45,965 bases of DNA from an uncultured Gammaproteobacteria bacterium (GCA_964442525.1 CAYTZO010000001.1:2039-48003), one strand, 5' to 3'; shown: positions 13,875-23,689, counted from the first letter of the stretch. Numbers and translations are program-made. Notes: generated by a model from the letters alone, not told the origin.

Positions 13875-16805
13875 GTGGGTAGCATTCCGGTTAATGAACG
13901 AAAACTGAATGAGGAACAGAAGGCGGCTGTCGAGTATGGCGAAGGACCGATCCTAATTATTGCCGGTGCTGGAACAGGGAAGACCACTGTTATTACAGAA
14001 CGAATTAAATACCTCATTACTTCCGGAAAAGCAAAACCTCAGGAGATCCTTGCACTCACTTTTACCGAGAAAGCCGCCAGGGAAATGGAAGAGCGCGTGG
14101 ATCAGGCGATGCCGTATGGCTATACCCAGATGTGGATTTCGACATTCCATTCATTTTGCGAACGGATTTTGCGGGCAGAAGCGATTCACATAGGCCTCAA
14201 TCCCGCGTACAAACTACTCTCCGATGCCGATGCCACGATGATGCTCCGGAAAAATCTTTTTTCTTTCGGACTTGATTATTTCCGTCCTCTGGGAAATCCG
14301 AATAAATTTATTGCGGGAATGCTCAGCCACTTTGATAGACTCAGGGATGAGGATGTGACGCCGGAGGAGTATCTTGATTGGGTAAAAAAACAGAAGTGGG
14401 AGGATCCCTTAGAAAAACAAAAATATGCGGAGCTCTCGCGCGCCTATAAACTTTACCAGGACCTTAAAGCCAAAGAAGGATACATGGATTTTTCCGATCT
14501 CATCGTCAACGCCCTGGCACTGTTTCGAAAAAGAAAAAATATCCTTCTACAATACCAAAGCCAATTCAAATTCCTTCTCATTGATGAATTTCAGGACACC
14601 AACATTGCCCAGAATGAATTGGTAATTCTTCTTGCAGGAAAAGATCAAAACATTACTGCTGTCGCTGATGATGACCAGTCCATTTACAAGTTTCGCGGCG
14701 CCGCTGTTTCCAACGTCATATCGTTTCGCAAACATTTTCCCAAAGCCAAACTCATTGTGCTTTCCAAAAATTATCGCTCGACGCAGACAATCTTGGATAC
14801 CTCCTATCGACTTATCGAACACAACAATCCCGACAGACTTGAGGTGAAAGAAGGCATTAACAAAAAATTGACTGCGGTGCGGGGGGTAAAGGGAGAGGCG
14901 GCATCGCTTATTCATGCTGACCGCGTCGAAAATGAAGCGGATATTGTTGCCAAAGAAATACTCGCGATCCATGGAAAAACGAAAGAGAAAAAATATTCAT
15001 GGCGAGATTTTGCTATTTTGGTTCGTGCCAATAGTCACGCGGATTCATTTGTCCGTGCGTTCTCCCGTCATGGCATTCCGTTTCAATTCTTGGGCCCCGG
15101 GCAACTTTTTCGGCAACCAGAAATTAAGGACCTTATTTCCTATCTTTCGGTTCTTGCGAATTTTGAAGACAATGTCGCGTTTTTCCGCGTGCTTTCTATG
15201 GAGTATTTTGACCTTTCAATGCGCGATATTGCCGCAATTGCCAATTTTTCCAAGAAATATTCCTTATCGCTGTTTGAGGCGTGTGAAGTCGTCATCGGGA
15301 AGCGAACCATCGAGCACGCGAGACTGCCGTTTATCCTAGATGAAACACGGAAGAAATTAACGGATATCATTTTGATGATTCATAGACACTTGACGCTGCT
15401 CACGAAAGAAACGGCAGGACAGATACTTTTTTATTTTCTGCAGGATACAGGGCTGTTCAAAAACATACTCGAATACAAGGTTCCGATTGATGAGCGAAAA
15501 GCCAGTAACATTACGAAATTTTTTAACAAACTCAAAACATATGAAGTCGATCATGAGGATGCGTCGGTCACAAGCGTCCTTGACTGGATTTCTTTGTCTA
15601 TGGAACTTGGGGAATCGCCGCTTGCCAACGATACGGATTGGACTGATAATGATGCCGTTAATATTCTTACCGTGCATAGCGCTAAGGGACTGGAATTTCC
15701 GGTCGTGTTTTTAGTCAACCTTGTGTCTCAGAGGTTTCCGACGACAGAACGACGAGAGCAGATTCCCATTCCCGATGATCTCATTAAGGAACTTCTTCCC
15801 GTCGGTGATTATCATCTTGAGGAAGAACGCCGGCTCTTCTATGTCGGCATGACGCGCGCAAGAGATCTGCTTTACCTTACCTCGGCGGATTACTACGGCG
15901 AAGGGAAACGCGAGAAAAAGCTTTCCCCGTTTATTTACGAAGCACTTGGCGACCAGAGGGAATTGGCAACAACCCGATCGTTTAACAGGGCACAGCTTTC
16001 TCTTCTCGACTGGCAAAAACGGGAGGAAAAGATTCCCGAAAACCTCCCTCCGAAGATCAAGATTGACTACCTTTCGTATTCGCAGATAGAGGCGTTTAAA
16101 CTTTGTCCGCTTCATTTTAAGCTCCGACACATTCTGGGTATCCAGCCGGCACCCTCACCGGCCTTATCATTCGGCATAAGCGTTCATGCGACTCTCAAGG
16201 AATTTTATCAGGCAAAACAACGGGGAGAAAAGTTGACAAAACAGTTTCTGTTGTCGCTGTTAGACAAAAATTGGGTTCGTGAGGGGTACACAAGTAAACG
16301 GTATGAGGAAGCAATGCATTCGCGCGGCCAAACCTATCTAACTGACTATTTTACCAAGGCATTTGATGTCCAGGTGACGCCGATTCTTTTAGAGCAACCG
16401 TTTACCGTACCGATCAGGGCAGAGGGGAGAATGATAAAAATCGGAGGGAAAATTGATAGAGTTGACCCAATTGCCGGAGGGAAAATTGAAGTTATAGATT
16501 ACAAAACCGGCCGTGTCCCATCGCAAAGAGAAATGGATACCAGTTTACAGCTGTCGATTTATGCAATTGCTGCCACAGAAGTAGCTACTCCGCCGTTCCA
16601 TAAAAAGCCTGATGACATCGTGCTTTCTCTTTACTATTTTGACGTGCAGAAAAAAATTTCGACCACCAGAACTCTGGCACAGCTTACGGCGGAAAAAGAG
16701 AATATCATGAGAGTTGCGGAGGAAATTGAACGGTCTGACTTTCGCTGCAGCGGCAATCAGCTCTGCCAGAACTGCGAATACAAAATGTTCTGCGGGCAGG
16801 CATGA
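13875..16805 (+). CDS. UvrD/PcrA-type superfamily-1 helicase fused to a C-terminal PD-(D/E)XK, Cas4/AddB-type iron-sulfur nuclease domain
   Basis: GTG start. Helicase motifs AGAGTGKT, DEFQDTN, NYRST, TVHSAKGLEF and YVGMTRAR. The C-terminal part has IDRVD...EVIDYKTG...QLSIY plus Cys in KLCPLHF and a terminal C-x2-C-x5-C (LCQNCEYKMFC). Confidence 0.85.
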   Translation: MGSIPVNERKLNEEQKAAVEYGEGPILIIAGAGTGKTTVITERIKYLITSGKAKPQEILALTFTEKAAREMEERVDQAMPYGYTQMWISTFHSFCERILRAEAIHIGLNPAYKLLSDADATMMLRKNLFSFGLDYFRPLGNPNKFIAGMLSHFDRLRDEDVTPEEYLDWVKKQKWEDPLEKQKYAELSRAYKLYQDLKAKEGYMDFSDLIVNALALFRKRKNILLQYQSQFKFLLIDEFQDTNIAQNELVILLAGKDQNITAVADDDQSIYKFRGAAVSNVISFRKHFPKAKLIVLSKNYRSTQTILDTSYRLIEHNNPDRLEVKEGINKKLTAVRGVKGEAASLIHADRVENEADIVAKEILAIHGKTKEKKYSWRDFAILVRANSHADSFVRAFSRHGIPFQFLGPGQLFRQPEIKDLISYLSVLANFEDNVAFFRVLSMEYFDLSMRDIAAIANFSKKYSLSLFEACEVVIGKRTIEHARLPFILDETRKKLTDIILMIHRHLTLLTKETAGQILFYFLQDTGLFKNILEYKVPIDERKASNITKFFNKLKTYEVDHEDASVTSVLDWISLSMELGESPLANDTDWTDNDAVNILTVHSAKGLEFPVVFLVNLVSQRFPTTERREQIPIPDDLIKELLPVGDYHLEEERRLFYVGMTRARDLLYLTSADYYGEGKREKKLSPFIYEALGDQRELATTRSFNRAQLSLLDWQKREEKIPENLPPKIKIDYLSYSQIEAFKLCPLHFKLRHILGIQPAPSPALSFGISVHATLKEFYQAKQRGEKLTKQFLLSLLDKNWVREGYTSKRYEEAMHSRGQTYLTDYFTKAFDVQVTPILLEQPFTVPIRAEGRMIKIGGKIDRVDPIAGGKIEVIDYKTGRVPSQREMDTSLQLSIYAIAATEVATPPFHKKPDDIVLSLYYFDVQKKISTTRTLAQLTAEKENIMRVAEEIERSDFRCSGNQLCQNCEYKMFCGQA

Positions 16806-16862
16806 CATTACCCATATGAAAAGGCCTTGACAAACGCGGTGCATGGTGTAGTGTAAATACTA

Positions 16863-17966
16863 ATGGCAGGGCGTGAAAATTCGACATTATCGGTTGTGAA
16901 GCTTGTACTTTTGGTAGCCGTTGGGCTCGTTGGTTTTGCCCTCCTGTCTTCAGCCGTAACGCGGACAACGGAAAACCGTTCCCGTGCGGCAGAAGAAGTG
17001 AAAATAATCAAGGAATGGGATTTTAGCAAGGGATCGCTTTTGGGATGGGAGGGCGTTGATGCGGGGGTGACGCTGGCAGATAAGGTTTTAAATGCCCGGT
17101 ATGCATCAAATGGGGTGGCATTTAGCGGCAGCCCGTACCCGAGAATTCGTTGGGTCCAAAACCTTAGCCTCCCAATGGGACAGAAAAAATTAAAAGTATG
17201 GATGAAGGTTGAAGCTATTGAACCCATACTTATCGGCAGACCAGTGAGACCGACGGAAAGCGAGTCTCCTCCGAAGACAACCGGTACCCCAGTTCAGGCT
17301 AATTTTAGCTTTCTGTTTCAATACAGGAAGCGAAGCGGAAGTGAGTTAATCTGGTCGAAACCCGTATCTTTTACCGGTACAACAGGTGCAGGTTTTCAGC
17401 TCTATGAGGTTGCATGGCCCGATTCTTTACCGCTGCAATTAGAGCGCATGAGAATTCTGTTTAATAGCGTTTCAGCAAGAGGGGCAGTGAACGTACAAAT
17501 ACAGAAAGTTCAACTGGTTGTGACAGTGCCTAAGCCTGTACCTTCGCCCAGCGTTGTGCCACAGAATACAGTAACTAAGACCGGGATTGTTGCACGAGGC
17601 CCTGCGGGTTCGACGCCCTATATTCTCAGAGTAGGAGCAGAAATAAAAGAAGAAACATTTGGACTTTTGCAGGCGAAAGAAAACTCAGATTTGCCCTTGG
17701 GAAGAAGACCAATTATAAAAGAAATAAACTTTCAGGCATATCTCGGTCGCACAGTGCAGGTATGGGGAACAATCGGTACATTCGGGGTGAAGATGCGAAC
17801 AGAACCGGGCATACAGTCAACTTCAAAGAATATACCAGTAATCTATGTGGAACGAATTGCGGATCTTGGTGGATTGCCGAAGCCGGAAGGTGGAACGCCG
17901 GGAGTATCAGGATGGGCAAATGTAGAAAATAACAGGATTGATACAAGTAAACTTCCGAATGAATAG
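16863..17966 (+). CDS. Membrane-anchored extracytoplasmic hypothetical protein, possible CBM4/9-like beta-sandwich N-domain
   Basis: One N-terminal TM helix. WDFSKGSLLGWEG is reminiscent of CBM_4_9 openings. The remainder is unassigned. Confidence 0.55.
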   Translation: MAGRENSTLSVVKLVLLVAVGLVGFALLSSAVTRTTENRSRAAEEVKIIKEWDFSKGSLLGWEGVDAGVTLADKVLNARYASNGVAFSGSPYPRIRWVQNLSLPMGQKKLKVWMKVEAIEPILIGRPVRPTESESPPKTTGTPVQANFSFLFQYRKRSGSELIWSKPVSFTGTTGAGFQLYEVAWPDSLPLQLERMRILFNSVSARGAVNVQIQKVQLVVTVPKPVPSPSVVPQNTVTKTGIVARGPAGSTPYILRVGAEIKEETFGLLQAKENSDLPLGRRPIIKEINFQAYLGRTVQVWGTIGTFGVKMRTEPGIQSTSKNIPVIYVERIADLGGLPKPEGGTPGVSGWANVENNRIDTSKLPNE

Positions 17967-17982
17967 CGATCTTTTTAATCAC

Positions 17983-18816
17983 TTAACCACGTAGTGGATA
18001 ATAGACCGGGGAACCGCCAAATCCTTCCTTGAATTTCGTAAAACCCGTCCATGTCAGATTTTTTTTCGGCAACCGTTCGTCCCAGACGCCGACAAAATCA
18101 AATTGTTTGCATCCATATTTTTTTGATATCTTGAGCGCTTCCCAAACAAGGAGGGTCGGGACAAAGAGTTTTTTCCCTTTAGGCGACGCGCCAACAATCC
18201 AGTAATATGCAGTCTTGTTCCAAAAGAGCAAAAGGATACAGCCAAGGGGGATATCGGTTTTGCTCTCTTCGTATGCTAGAAGCCCGGTGCAATAGTCCGG
18301 ACTAAATGCGGACCAAAGTTTTTTTATGCCATACGTAGTGATAAAACCAAGAAACCCAGAGGAGGCATTTTTTGTTCGAATGATGAGATTAATATCACGC
18401 GACTCTTTAACAACGATATGATTTTTTTGTGCCCGTCGTACTGCTCTTCGTTTGGCTTCAGAAAAGCGTTGAAATATTATTTTTTCCGATGGAGTTAGGT
18501 CGACGAGGATTGTTTTTGTCGGGAGAAAATAACTTGATGAAAGGCGGACATATCGCTTTATGGAGAGATCCCAAGCTTGAAACTCAGATTGTCGGATATC
18601 TCTATCTGGCTCAATTGACAAAGTCCGTATGTGGTATTTATGGATAATAGGCAGCAGTTTCGGTATTAAGGGAAGCTTGTCGACTCTCTGAATTTTCGCA
18701 AGTGTTCCTATAAGAGGAAAACGTTTTATGAAGATATACGACCTGTCAATCTGCTCAACGGTCCAGCCAAGTTGAGAGACATACGTAGCATACAAGGATG
18801 ATTGTTGTACTTCCAT
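17983..18816 (-). CDS. FemAB-family peptidoglycan interpeptide-bridge aminoacyltransferase (paralog 1)
   Basis: 277 aa with family-typical C-terminal strings (YYWIVGAS, FDFVGVW, GFTKFKEGFGG). Confidence 0.75.
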   Translation of the reverse strand: MEVQQSSLYATYVSQLGWTVEQIDRSYIFIKRFPLIGTLAKIQRVDKLPLIPKLLPIIHKYHIRTLSIEPDRDIRQSEFQAWDLSIKRYVRLSSSYFLPTKTILVDLTPSEKIIFQRFSEAKRRAVRRAQKNHIVVKESRDINLIIRTKNASSGFLGFITTYGIKKLWSAFSPDYCTGLLAYEESKTDIPLGCILLLFWNKTAYYWIVGASPKGKKLFVPTLLVWEALKISKKYGCKQFDFVGVWDERLPKKNLTWTGFTKFKEGFGGSPVYYPLRG

Positions 18817-18834
18817 TATATTAGCATGGTAATA

Positions 18835-19782
18835 TTAATGCGATAATATTCTAAGTAGGAACCATCGGAGAGTGTCGGCGATCGTATACAGATAATAAAG
18901 GAAAGGACGGATGATAAGATCATACGATCCTACGAATTCAATAAATTGAGGGCTAAATCCTTGTTTAAACCGATGGAAACCGAACCAGGGATCTTTTGGA
19001 TCCGGTGTAGGACCGAGAGCTCCCCATAAGTCAAAATACTTGAGTCCTTTTAGTTTTGCCCAACGAGCGATTTCCCAAAGCATAAGCGTAGGCGCCATGG
19101 TTTCACGGTAAAGCCTGGAAGAAGCGCCGTAAGGATAATACACAGTATCGTTCCAAACAAAAACGATCCAGGCTGCCAGAATTGTCTTACCGTAGGTTGC
19201 AGTAAAAAGATGCGCGACGCCGGCGCTTCGCATCACGGCCCACAGAGTACGATGGTATGTTTCATTATGTGCATAAAAATGCTGGCGGGTTGTTGTCTCT
19301 TGGGAAAGAGCAAGATACTTCTCCAATGCTTCGGGTGAATTGTCTTCTTTGACGATGACGCCGTGTTTTTGAGCAACTTTTATGTTGTAGCGGGTCTTCG
19401 GATGCATTGCTTTGAGAAGTTCGTCCTCAGATTTTGTGAGATCAAGGAGGAACGTATACCGGGTAAACAGAGGGCGATGAGAAGGACGTAAAAATCGAGA
19501 ATCGAGAATCGAGAATCGAGATTTTTTCGCGGACAGAACATTTGGTTCAAGCTGAATAAAAATTGCCCGTTTTTGTCCCGCAAGATCCCGCAGTTTTTCG
19601 ATCATACGTTTGGTGGGCATCGGGCCCTTGGGGAAGTAGCCAACGGTCCAGGGGGTAAATGGAATGCGGTGAAAGGTCAGAATGCCAACTCCGGCAAGTG
19701 TAGCGACATCGATGCCCATGCGCTTCCGGAAAGCTCCCCACGCGGGAGATTGAAGAGGATGGGTAGGCGTATAGGTTGTCAT
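18835..19782 (-). CDS. FemAB-family peptidoglycan interpeptide-bridge aminoacyltransferase (paralog 2)
   Basis: Starts at MTTYTPTHPLQSPAWG (cat at 19780-19782). The 77-codon upstream extension in the track is basic, low-complexity and unlikely to be coding. Motifs YYPYGASS, FDLWGA and GFHRFKQGF. Confidence 0.75.
   Translation of the reverse strand: MTTYTPTHPLQSPAWGAFRKRMGIDVATLAGVGILTFHRIPFTPWTVGYFPKGPMPTKRMIEKLRDLAGQKRAIFIQLEPNVLSAKKSRFSILDSRFLRPSHRPLFTRYTFLLDLTKSEDELLKAMHPKTRYNIKVAQKHGVIVKEDNSPEALEKYLALSQETTTRQHFYAHNETYHRTLWAVMRSAGVAHLFTATYGKTILAAWIVFVWNDTVYYPYGASSRLYRETMAPTLMLWEIARWAKLKGLKYFDLWGALGPTPDPKDPWFGFHRFKQGFSPQFIEFVGSYDLIIRPFLYYLYTIADTLRWFLLRILSH
19494..19521. repeat. Perfect tandem heptanucleotide repeat (ATCGAGA)x4, inside FemAB paralog 2
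   Basis: Read directly as aaa-atcgaga-atcgaga-atcgaga-atcgaga-tttttt. It encodes SRFSILDSRF on the minus strand. Confidence 0.9.
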
Positions 19783-19840
19783 ATCGATCCCTGTTCTCCA
19801 GGTTATTATCCTGCTTTTTTTGCTATGGTACAATGGGTTT

Positions 19841-20044
19841 ATGAAGAAGCGGGGACGTAGGAACACGCATAAAGCCAAGCCAATTGCCTGGCTTCCTATC
19901 GACAGCAGGCTTTTCCTTCCGCTTTTTTCTTTTGGCCACGTCAGGGGCGCCGCACGGCTTTTTTTGGAAGTTGAAATTGTCTTGTCTCTTCTGGTTGTTT
20001 TCGGGACGCTCACTCTTCTTGTTCTTTTTCTTGTTAAAGCATGA
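19841..20044 (+). CDS. Candidate small (67-aa) membrane protein, putatively leaderless
   Basis: Extended -10 TGgTACAAT (19826-19834) sits 6 nt before the ATG. Product MKKRGRRNTHKAK plus two hydrophobic stretches. The ORF lies in an otherwise unexplained 251-nt gap, and its 3' end overlaps the pcrA stop by 11 nt. Coding status is unproven. Confidence 0.3.
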   Translation: MKKRGRRNTHKAKPIAWLPIDSRLFLPLFSFGHVRGAARLFLEVEIVLSLLVVFGTLTLLVLFLVKA

Positions 20045-21893
20045 GATCATCCTCATGCCATCCCCGGCCGCTCGCGAGTGATACCTGGAGTTCGAGCGCA
20101 CCTTGAGGAATATCTGCAATGAAGCGCGAGATCATATTCTGGGTACGATTTCCAAAGAACAGACGCCGGTTGGCATAGGAGAGATAAAGACGCTCTTTTG
20201 CCCGGGTGATGCCGACATAGCAAAGTCTTCGTTCCTCTTCGAGTTCTTCTCTATCCATGAGGCTGCGGCTATGGGGGAATAACCCCTCTTCCATGCCGAT
20301 CATAAAAACGATAGGAAACTCCAGGCCTTTCGCGGCATGTATGGTCATAAGGGTTACTGCCTGTCGGCCTTTGTCCAGATCTTTAAGATGAGAGGGCATA
20401 TACTCCTGTTCCATGAGTGCGACGTTTTCCAGAAATGCGATCAACACCGGAAATTGGGTAGCCACCGAACGGAGTTCTTTAATGTTTTCCAGTCGGTATG
20501 CCTCTTCTTCAACGTTGGCGTCGTAGAGGTCAAGATAGCGCGTCACGCCCAGGATGCCATCAAGAAGCTCAAGGGTTGTCATCTCAACGAGTTTTTTTTC
20601 TTTGGCGGTTGCTGCGGCAAAGGTGAGAAACTTATCCATCCGTCCTTTGCCCAGTTTCTCCGCCCGCTTATAGGCAATCATGTCTTTTGGATTATTGATG
20701 AGGCGTAAATAACTGAGGATGTCTTTAATTTCCTTGCGTTCATAAAATCGTGTGCCTCCGACCAGGACGTACGGGAGCCCTGCGTGAAGGAATGCTTCCT
20801 CAAGCACTCTCGACTGGGCATTGGTCCGATAAAGGACGGCAAAATCGGTGTAGGGCCTGCCTGATTGGAGTATGGTTTGGAGAAGGAACGTTGCTTCATC
20901 CTGTTCAGTTCGCGCCTCGTAAAGGAGAATTCTGGGGCCGGTTGCTTTTTCCGTCCAGAGTTTGAGGACGGGGTGCGTGGTGTTTTTGGAGATAACGCCG
21001 AAAGCCGCATCCAGAATAATTTGGGTGGACCGGTAATTTCGTTCGAGATGAAAGACTTTTCCGTCAGGGAAGTCGCGCTGGAAGTTGATAATATTACGGA
21101 AATCTGCGCCGCGCCATCGGTAAATACTCTGGCTCGCATCGCCAACCACGCAGAGGTTGCGGTATCGGCCGGAAAGAGCGCGGGTGAGAGCGTATTGGGC
21201 CTTGTTGGTATCTTGGTACTCATCGACCAGAATGTAGCGGTATTGTTCCTGATATTTTCCGCGTATATCCGGGTGCTGGTCAAAGAGGAAAACTGCATTG
21301 ACTAAGAGATCATCAAAATCCAGCGCACTGTGTGCTTTGAGGAGTTTTTGGTATTCGAGGTAAATGCGCGCGACGGTTTCCTGGAAGTGGCCGCGGGCAT
21401 ACTGGGGATATTCGAGAGCGCTGACGAGTTCATTTTTTGCTTGAGAAATGGTCGCGAGGACGCCGCCCGGACTGAAATTTTTCACCGAGATGTCGAGCTG
21501 CTTCATGATGGTTTTTACTGCATCAATGCTATCCTGCTCATCATAAATGACAAAATTATTTGGTATTCCCATCTCTTTGCCCTCGCGTCTGAGCAGGCGC
21601 GCAGCGAACGAATGGAATGTCCCGGCGAACGGGAGAGAAGGGTAATCATTTCCTGATCGCCTCAGAAGCTTTGTAATCCGTTCTTTCATTTCACCCGCGG
21701 CTTTATTGGTAAACGTCATCATGAGAACAGTATCTGCCGAAACGTTTCTTTGTGCGATGAGGTAGGCAACGCGATAGGTTAATACGCGCGTTTTTCCACT
21801 GCCGGCGCCTGCCAAAATGAGAACGGGGCCTTCCGTCTGCATCACGGCGGCTTGTTGCTCATTATTTAAATCGGCAAGAAGAGAATCAGGCAT
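20034..21893 (-). CDS. pcrA: ATP-dependent DNA helicase PcrA/UvrD (short, 619 aa)
   Basis: LNNEQQAAV, AGAGSGKT, DEYQDTN, NYRST, TIHAAKGLEF and YVGITRAK motifs. Confidence 0.85.
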   Translation of the reverse strand: MPDSLLADLNNEQQAAVMQTEGPVLILAGAGSGKTRVLTYRVAYLIAQRNVSADTVLMMTFTNKAAGEMKERITKLLRRSGNDYPSLPFAGTFHSFAARLLRREGKEMGIPNNFVIYDEQDSIDAVKTIMKQLDISVKNFSPGGVLATISQAKNELVSALEYPQYARGHFQETVARIYLEYQKLLKAHSALDFDDLLVNAVFLFDQHPDIRGKYQEQYRYILVDEYQDTNKAQYALTRALSGRYRNLCVVGDASQSIYRWRGADFRNIINFQRDFPDGKVFHLERNYRSTQIILDAAFGVISKNTTHPVLKLWTEKATGPRILLYEARTEQDEATFLLQTILQSGRPYTDFAVLYRTNAQSRVLEEAFLHAGLPYVLVGGTRFYERKEIKDILSYLRLINNPKDMIAYKRAEKLGKGRMDKFLTFAAATAKEKKLVEMTTLELLDGILGVTRYLDLYDANVEEEAYRLENIKELRSVATQFPVLIAFLENVALMEQEYMPSHLKDLDKGRQAVTLMTIHAAKGLEFPIVFMIGMEEGLFPHSRSLMDREELEEERRLCYVGITRAKERLYLSYANRRLFFGNRTQNMISRFIADIPQGALELQVSLASGRGWHEDDLML

Positions 21894-21944
21894 ACCAGTT
21901 TAGTCATTGATCTATCTTACTTTGGCCCGCTATAATCTTACCAT

Positions 21945-22637
21945 ATGAAAAAGCTTTTCATTGCGGGAAATTGGAAGAGTTTTAAGGGTACAACTGAGCT
22001 AAACACTTGGTTTGACACGTTTGAGAAGCTTTATCTGGCAAAACGACCAACATGGCCGAACCTTCGCATTGTCCTTTGTCCGCCATATACGCTTCTTTAT
22101 GAATGCCGGCAGAGACTTAGGAAGCAGATTTTGCCTCTTGAACTCGGCGGTCAGGATGTCTCGGCGTTTGATGAGGGAGCACACACGGGTGAAATTAATG
22201 CAAAACAACTGAGAGAATTTGCCTCCTGGAGTATCATCGGTCATTCCGAACGGCGGAGAGACTTAGGAGAAACTGATACTCTTCTCTTTCAAAAAGTAGA
22301 AAAAGCAAAAAAGCACGGACTACGGGTAATTTATTGCGTCCAAAACGAAGTAGTAGAAATACCAACCGGCATCGATGTTATTGCGTATGAGCCTCCGTGG
22401 GCAATAAGTGCAGTGAGCGGCGGGATCGCTCAAAATCCGGAAAGTGCCAACAGAGTCTGCAAAAAGATCGTTGAAAATCACCCTGGTACACCGGTTATCT
22501 ATGGCGGAAGCGTCACATCGGATAACGTTGTCGATTTCATGCGTCAAGAACATATCGGGGGTGTGCTCCCGGGCGGTGCGAGTCTCGATGCCGAACGATT
22601 CTTTGTGCTTATTGATCGGGCATCTTCCGGAATATAA
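21945..22637 (+). CDS. tpiA: Triosephosphate isomerase
   Basis: GNWK, GHSERR, AYEP (catalytic Glu) and IYGGSV motifs. The loop-6 region reads WAISAVSGG instead of the usual WAIGTG. Confidence 0.85.
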   Translation: MKKLFIAGNWKSFKGTTELNTWFDTFEKLYLAKRPTWPNLRIVLCPPYTLLYECRQRLRKQILPLELGGQDVSAFDEGAHTGEINAKQLREFASWSIIGHSERRRDLGETDTLLFQKVEKAKKHGLRVIYCVQNEVVEIPTGIDVIAYEPPWAISAVSGGIAQNPESANRVCKKIVENHPGTPVIYGGSVTSDNVVDFMRQEHIGGVLPGGASLDAERFFVLIDRASSGI

Positions 22638-22642
22638 CATCC

Positions 22643-23671
22643 ATGCAGCCAAAAGCGAAACGCCTCTACCTGCCGAAGGTCAAGATTGTCAGCTTCATCG
22701 TGCTCTCTGTCCTAGTACTCCTTGTTTTGGTCAAAGGAGTTTTATGGAGTCAGAAAGTAATGCGTCAGACCGGACTGACACCGAAAACGATTTTGGGGCT
22801 TGTTTTTGATACCGGCGCACCCCTTGCCTCCTTTGGGGAGCGGACGAATATTTTAATCTTGGGTATAGGCGGAGGGAGTCACGCAGGACCTGATTTGACT
22901 GATACGATGATGGTTATCTCCCTCAATGCCAAAAAATCCTCCATGGCGCTTATTTCCATTCCTCGGGATGTTTGGTCGGATACGCTCAAAGACAAGGTAA
23001 ACAGTGCATACCATTATGGAGAGGCGAAGCAAAAAGGCGGCGGACTGACCCTTGCGAAAGCAATTAGTGAAGATGTTTTGGGCATTCCAATTCAGTACAG
23101 CGCGGTTATTGATTTTTCAGGGTTTAAAAAAATTATTGACCTTGTGGGTGGTATAACAGTGAACGTTCCGGAGGGCTTTATTGATTCCGAATTTCCTATC
23201 GAGGGAAAAGAGAATGATTTGTGCGGAGGAGATCCGCTGTTTCGGTGCCGTTATGAAACCGTGCGTTTTGACGCTGGAATCCAGCAGATGGATGGAGCGC
23301 GTGCACTTACCTATGTTCGGAGCAGGCGCGCAGAGGGGACGGAAGGATCGGATTTTGCACGAGCGCGACGGCAGCAGATAGTGCTCGTAGCGCTCAAAGA
23401 AAAGCTTATGAAAGTCTCGACATGGTTTCCTCCCAAACGCAGCATTGCCCTCATGTCGGCAATAGATGAGGCAACGGATACTGACATGAATATCGCCACA
23501 TGGCTTACCGTCGGAAGGGAAATTGCCACAACCAAAGAAGCCAGCATTCAAAGAGTCACTATTGATGATCTTCTTACCTCTCCTCCGGTGTCATTGTATG
23601 GGAGGTATGTTCTTGTTCCCAAAGATAGCTTTGATGCAATCTACGAGTATATAAAAAAACAACTCGAGTAA
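22643..23671 (+). CDS. LytR-CpsA-Psr (LCP) family cell-wall glycopolymer transferase
   Basis: N-terminal TM anchor, then NILILGIGGG...DTMMVISLN...SIPRDVW and the R-rich YVRSRR motif. Confidence 0.85.
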   Translation: MQPKAKRLYLPKVKIVSFIVLSVLVLLVLVKGVLWSQKVMRQTGLTPKTILGLVFDTGAPLASFGERTNILILGIGGGSHAGPDLTDTMMVISLNAKKSSMALISIPRDVWSDTLKDKVNSAYHYGEAKQKGGGLTLAKAISEDVLGIPIQYSAVIDFSGFKKIIDLVGGITVNVPEGFIDSEFPIEGKENDLCGGDPLFRCRYETVRFDAGIQQMDGARALTYVRSRRAEGTEGSDFARARRQQIVLVALKEKLMKVSTWFPPKRSIALMSAIDEATDTDMNIATWLTVGREIATTKEASIQRVTIDDLLTSPPVSLYGRYVLVPKDSFDAIYEYIKKQLE

Positions 23672-23689
23672 AGGTAACCCCCCGGAGAA

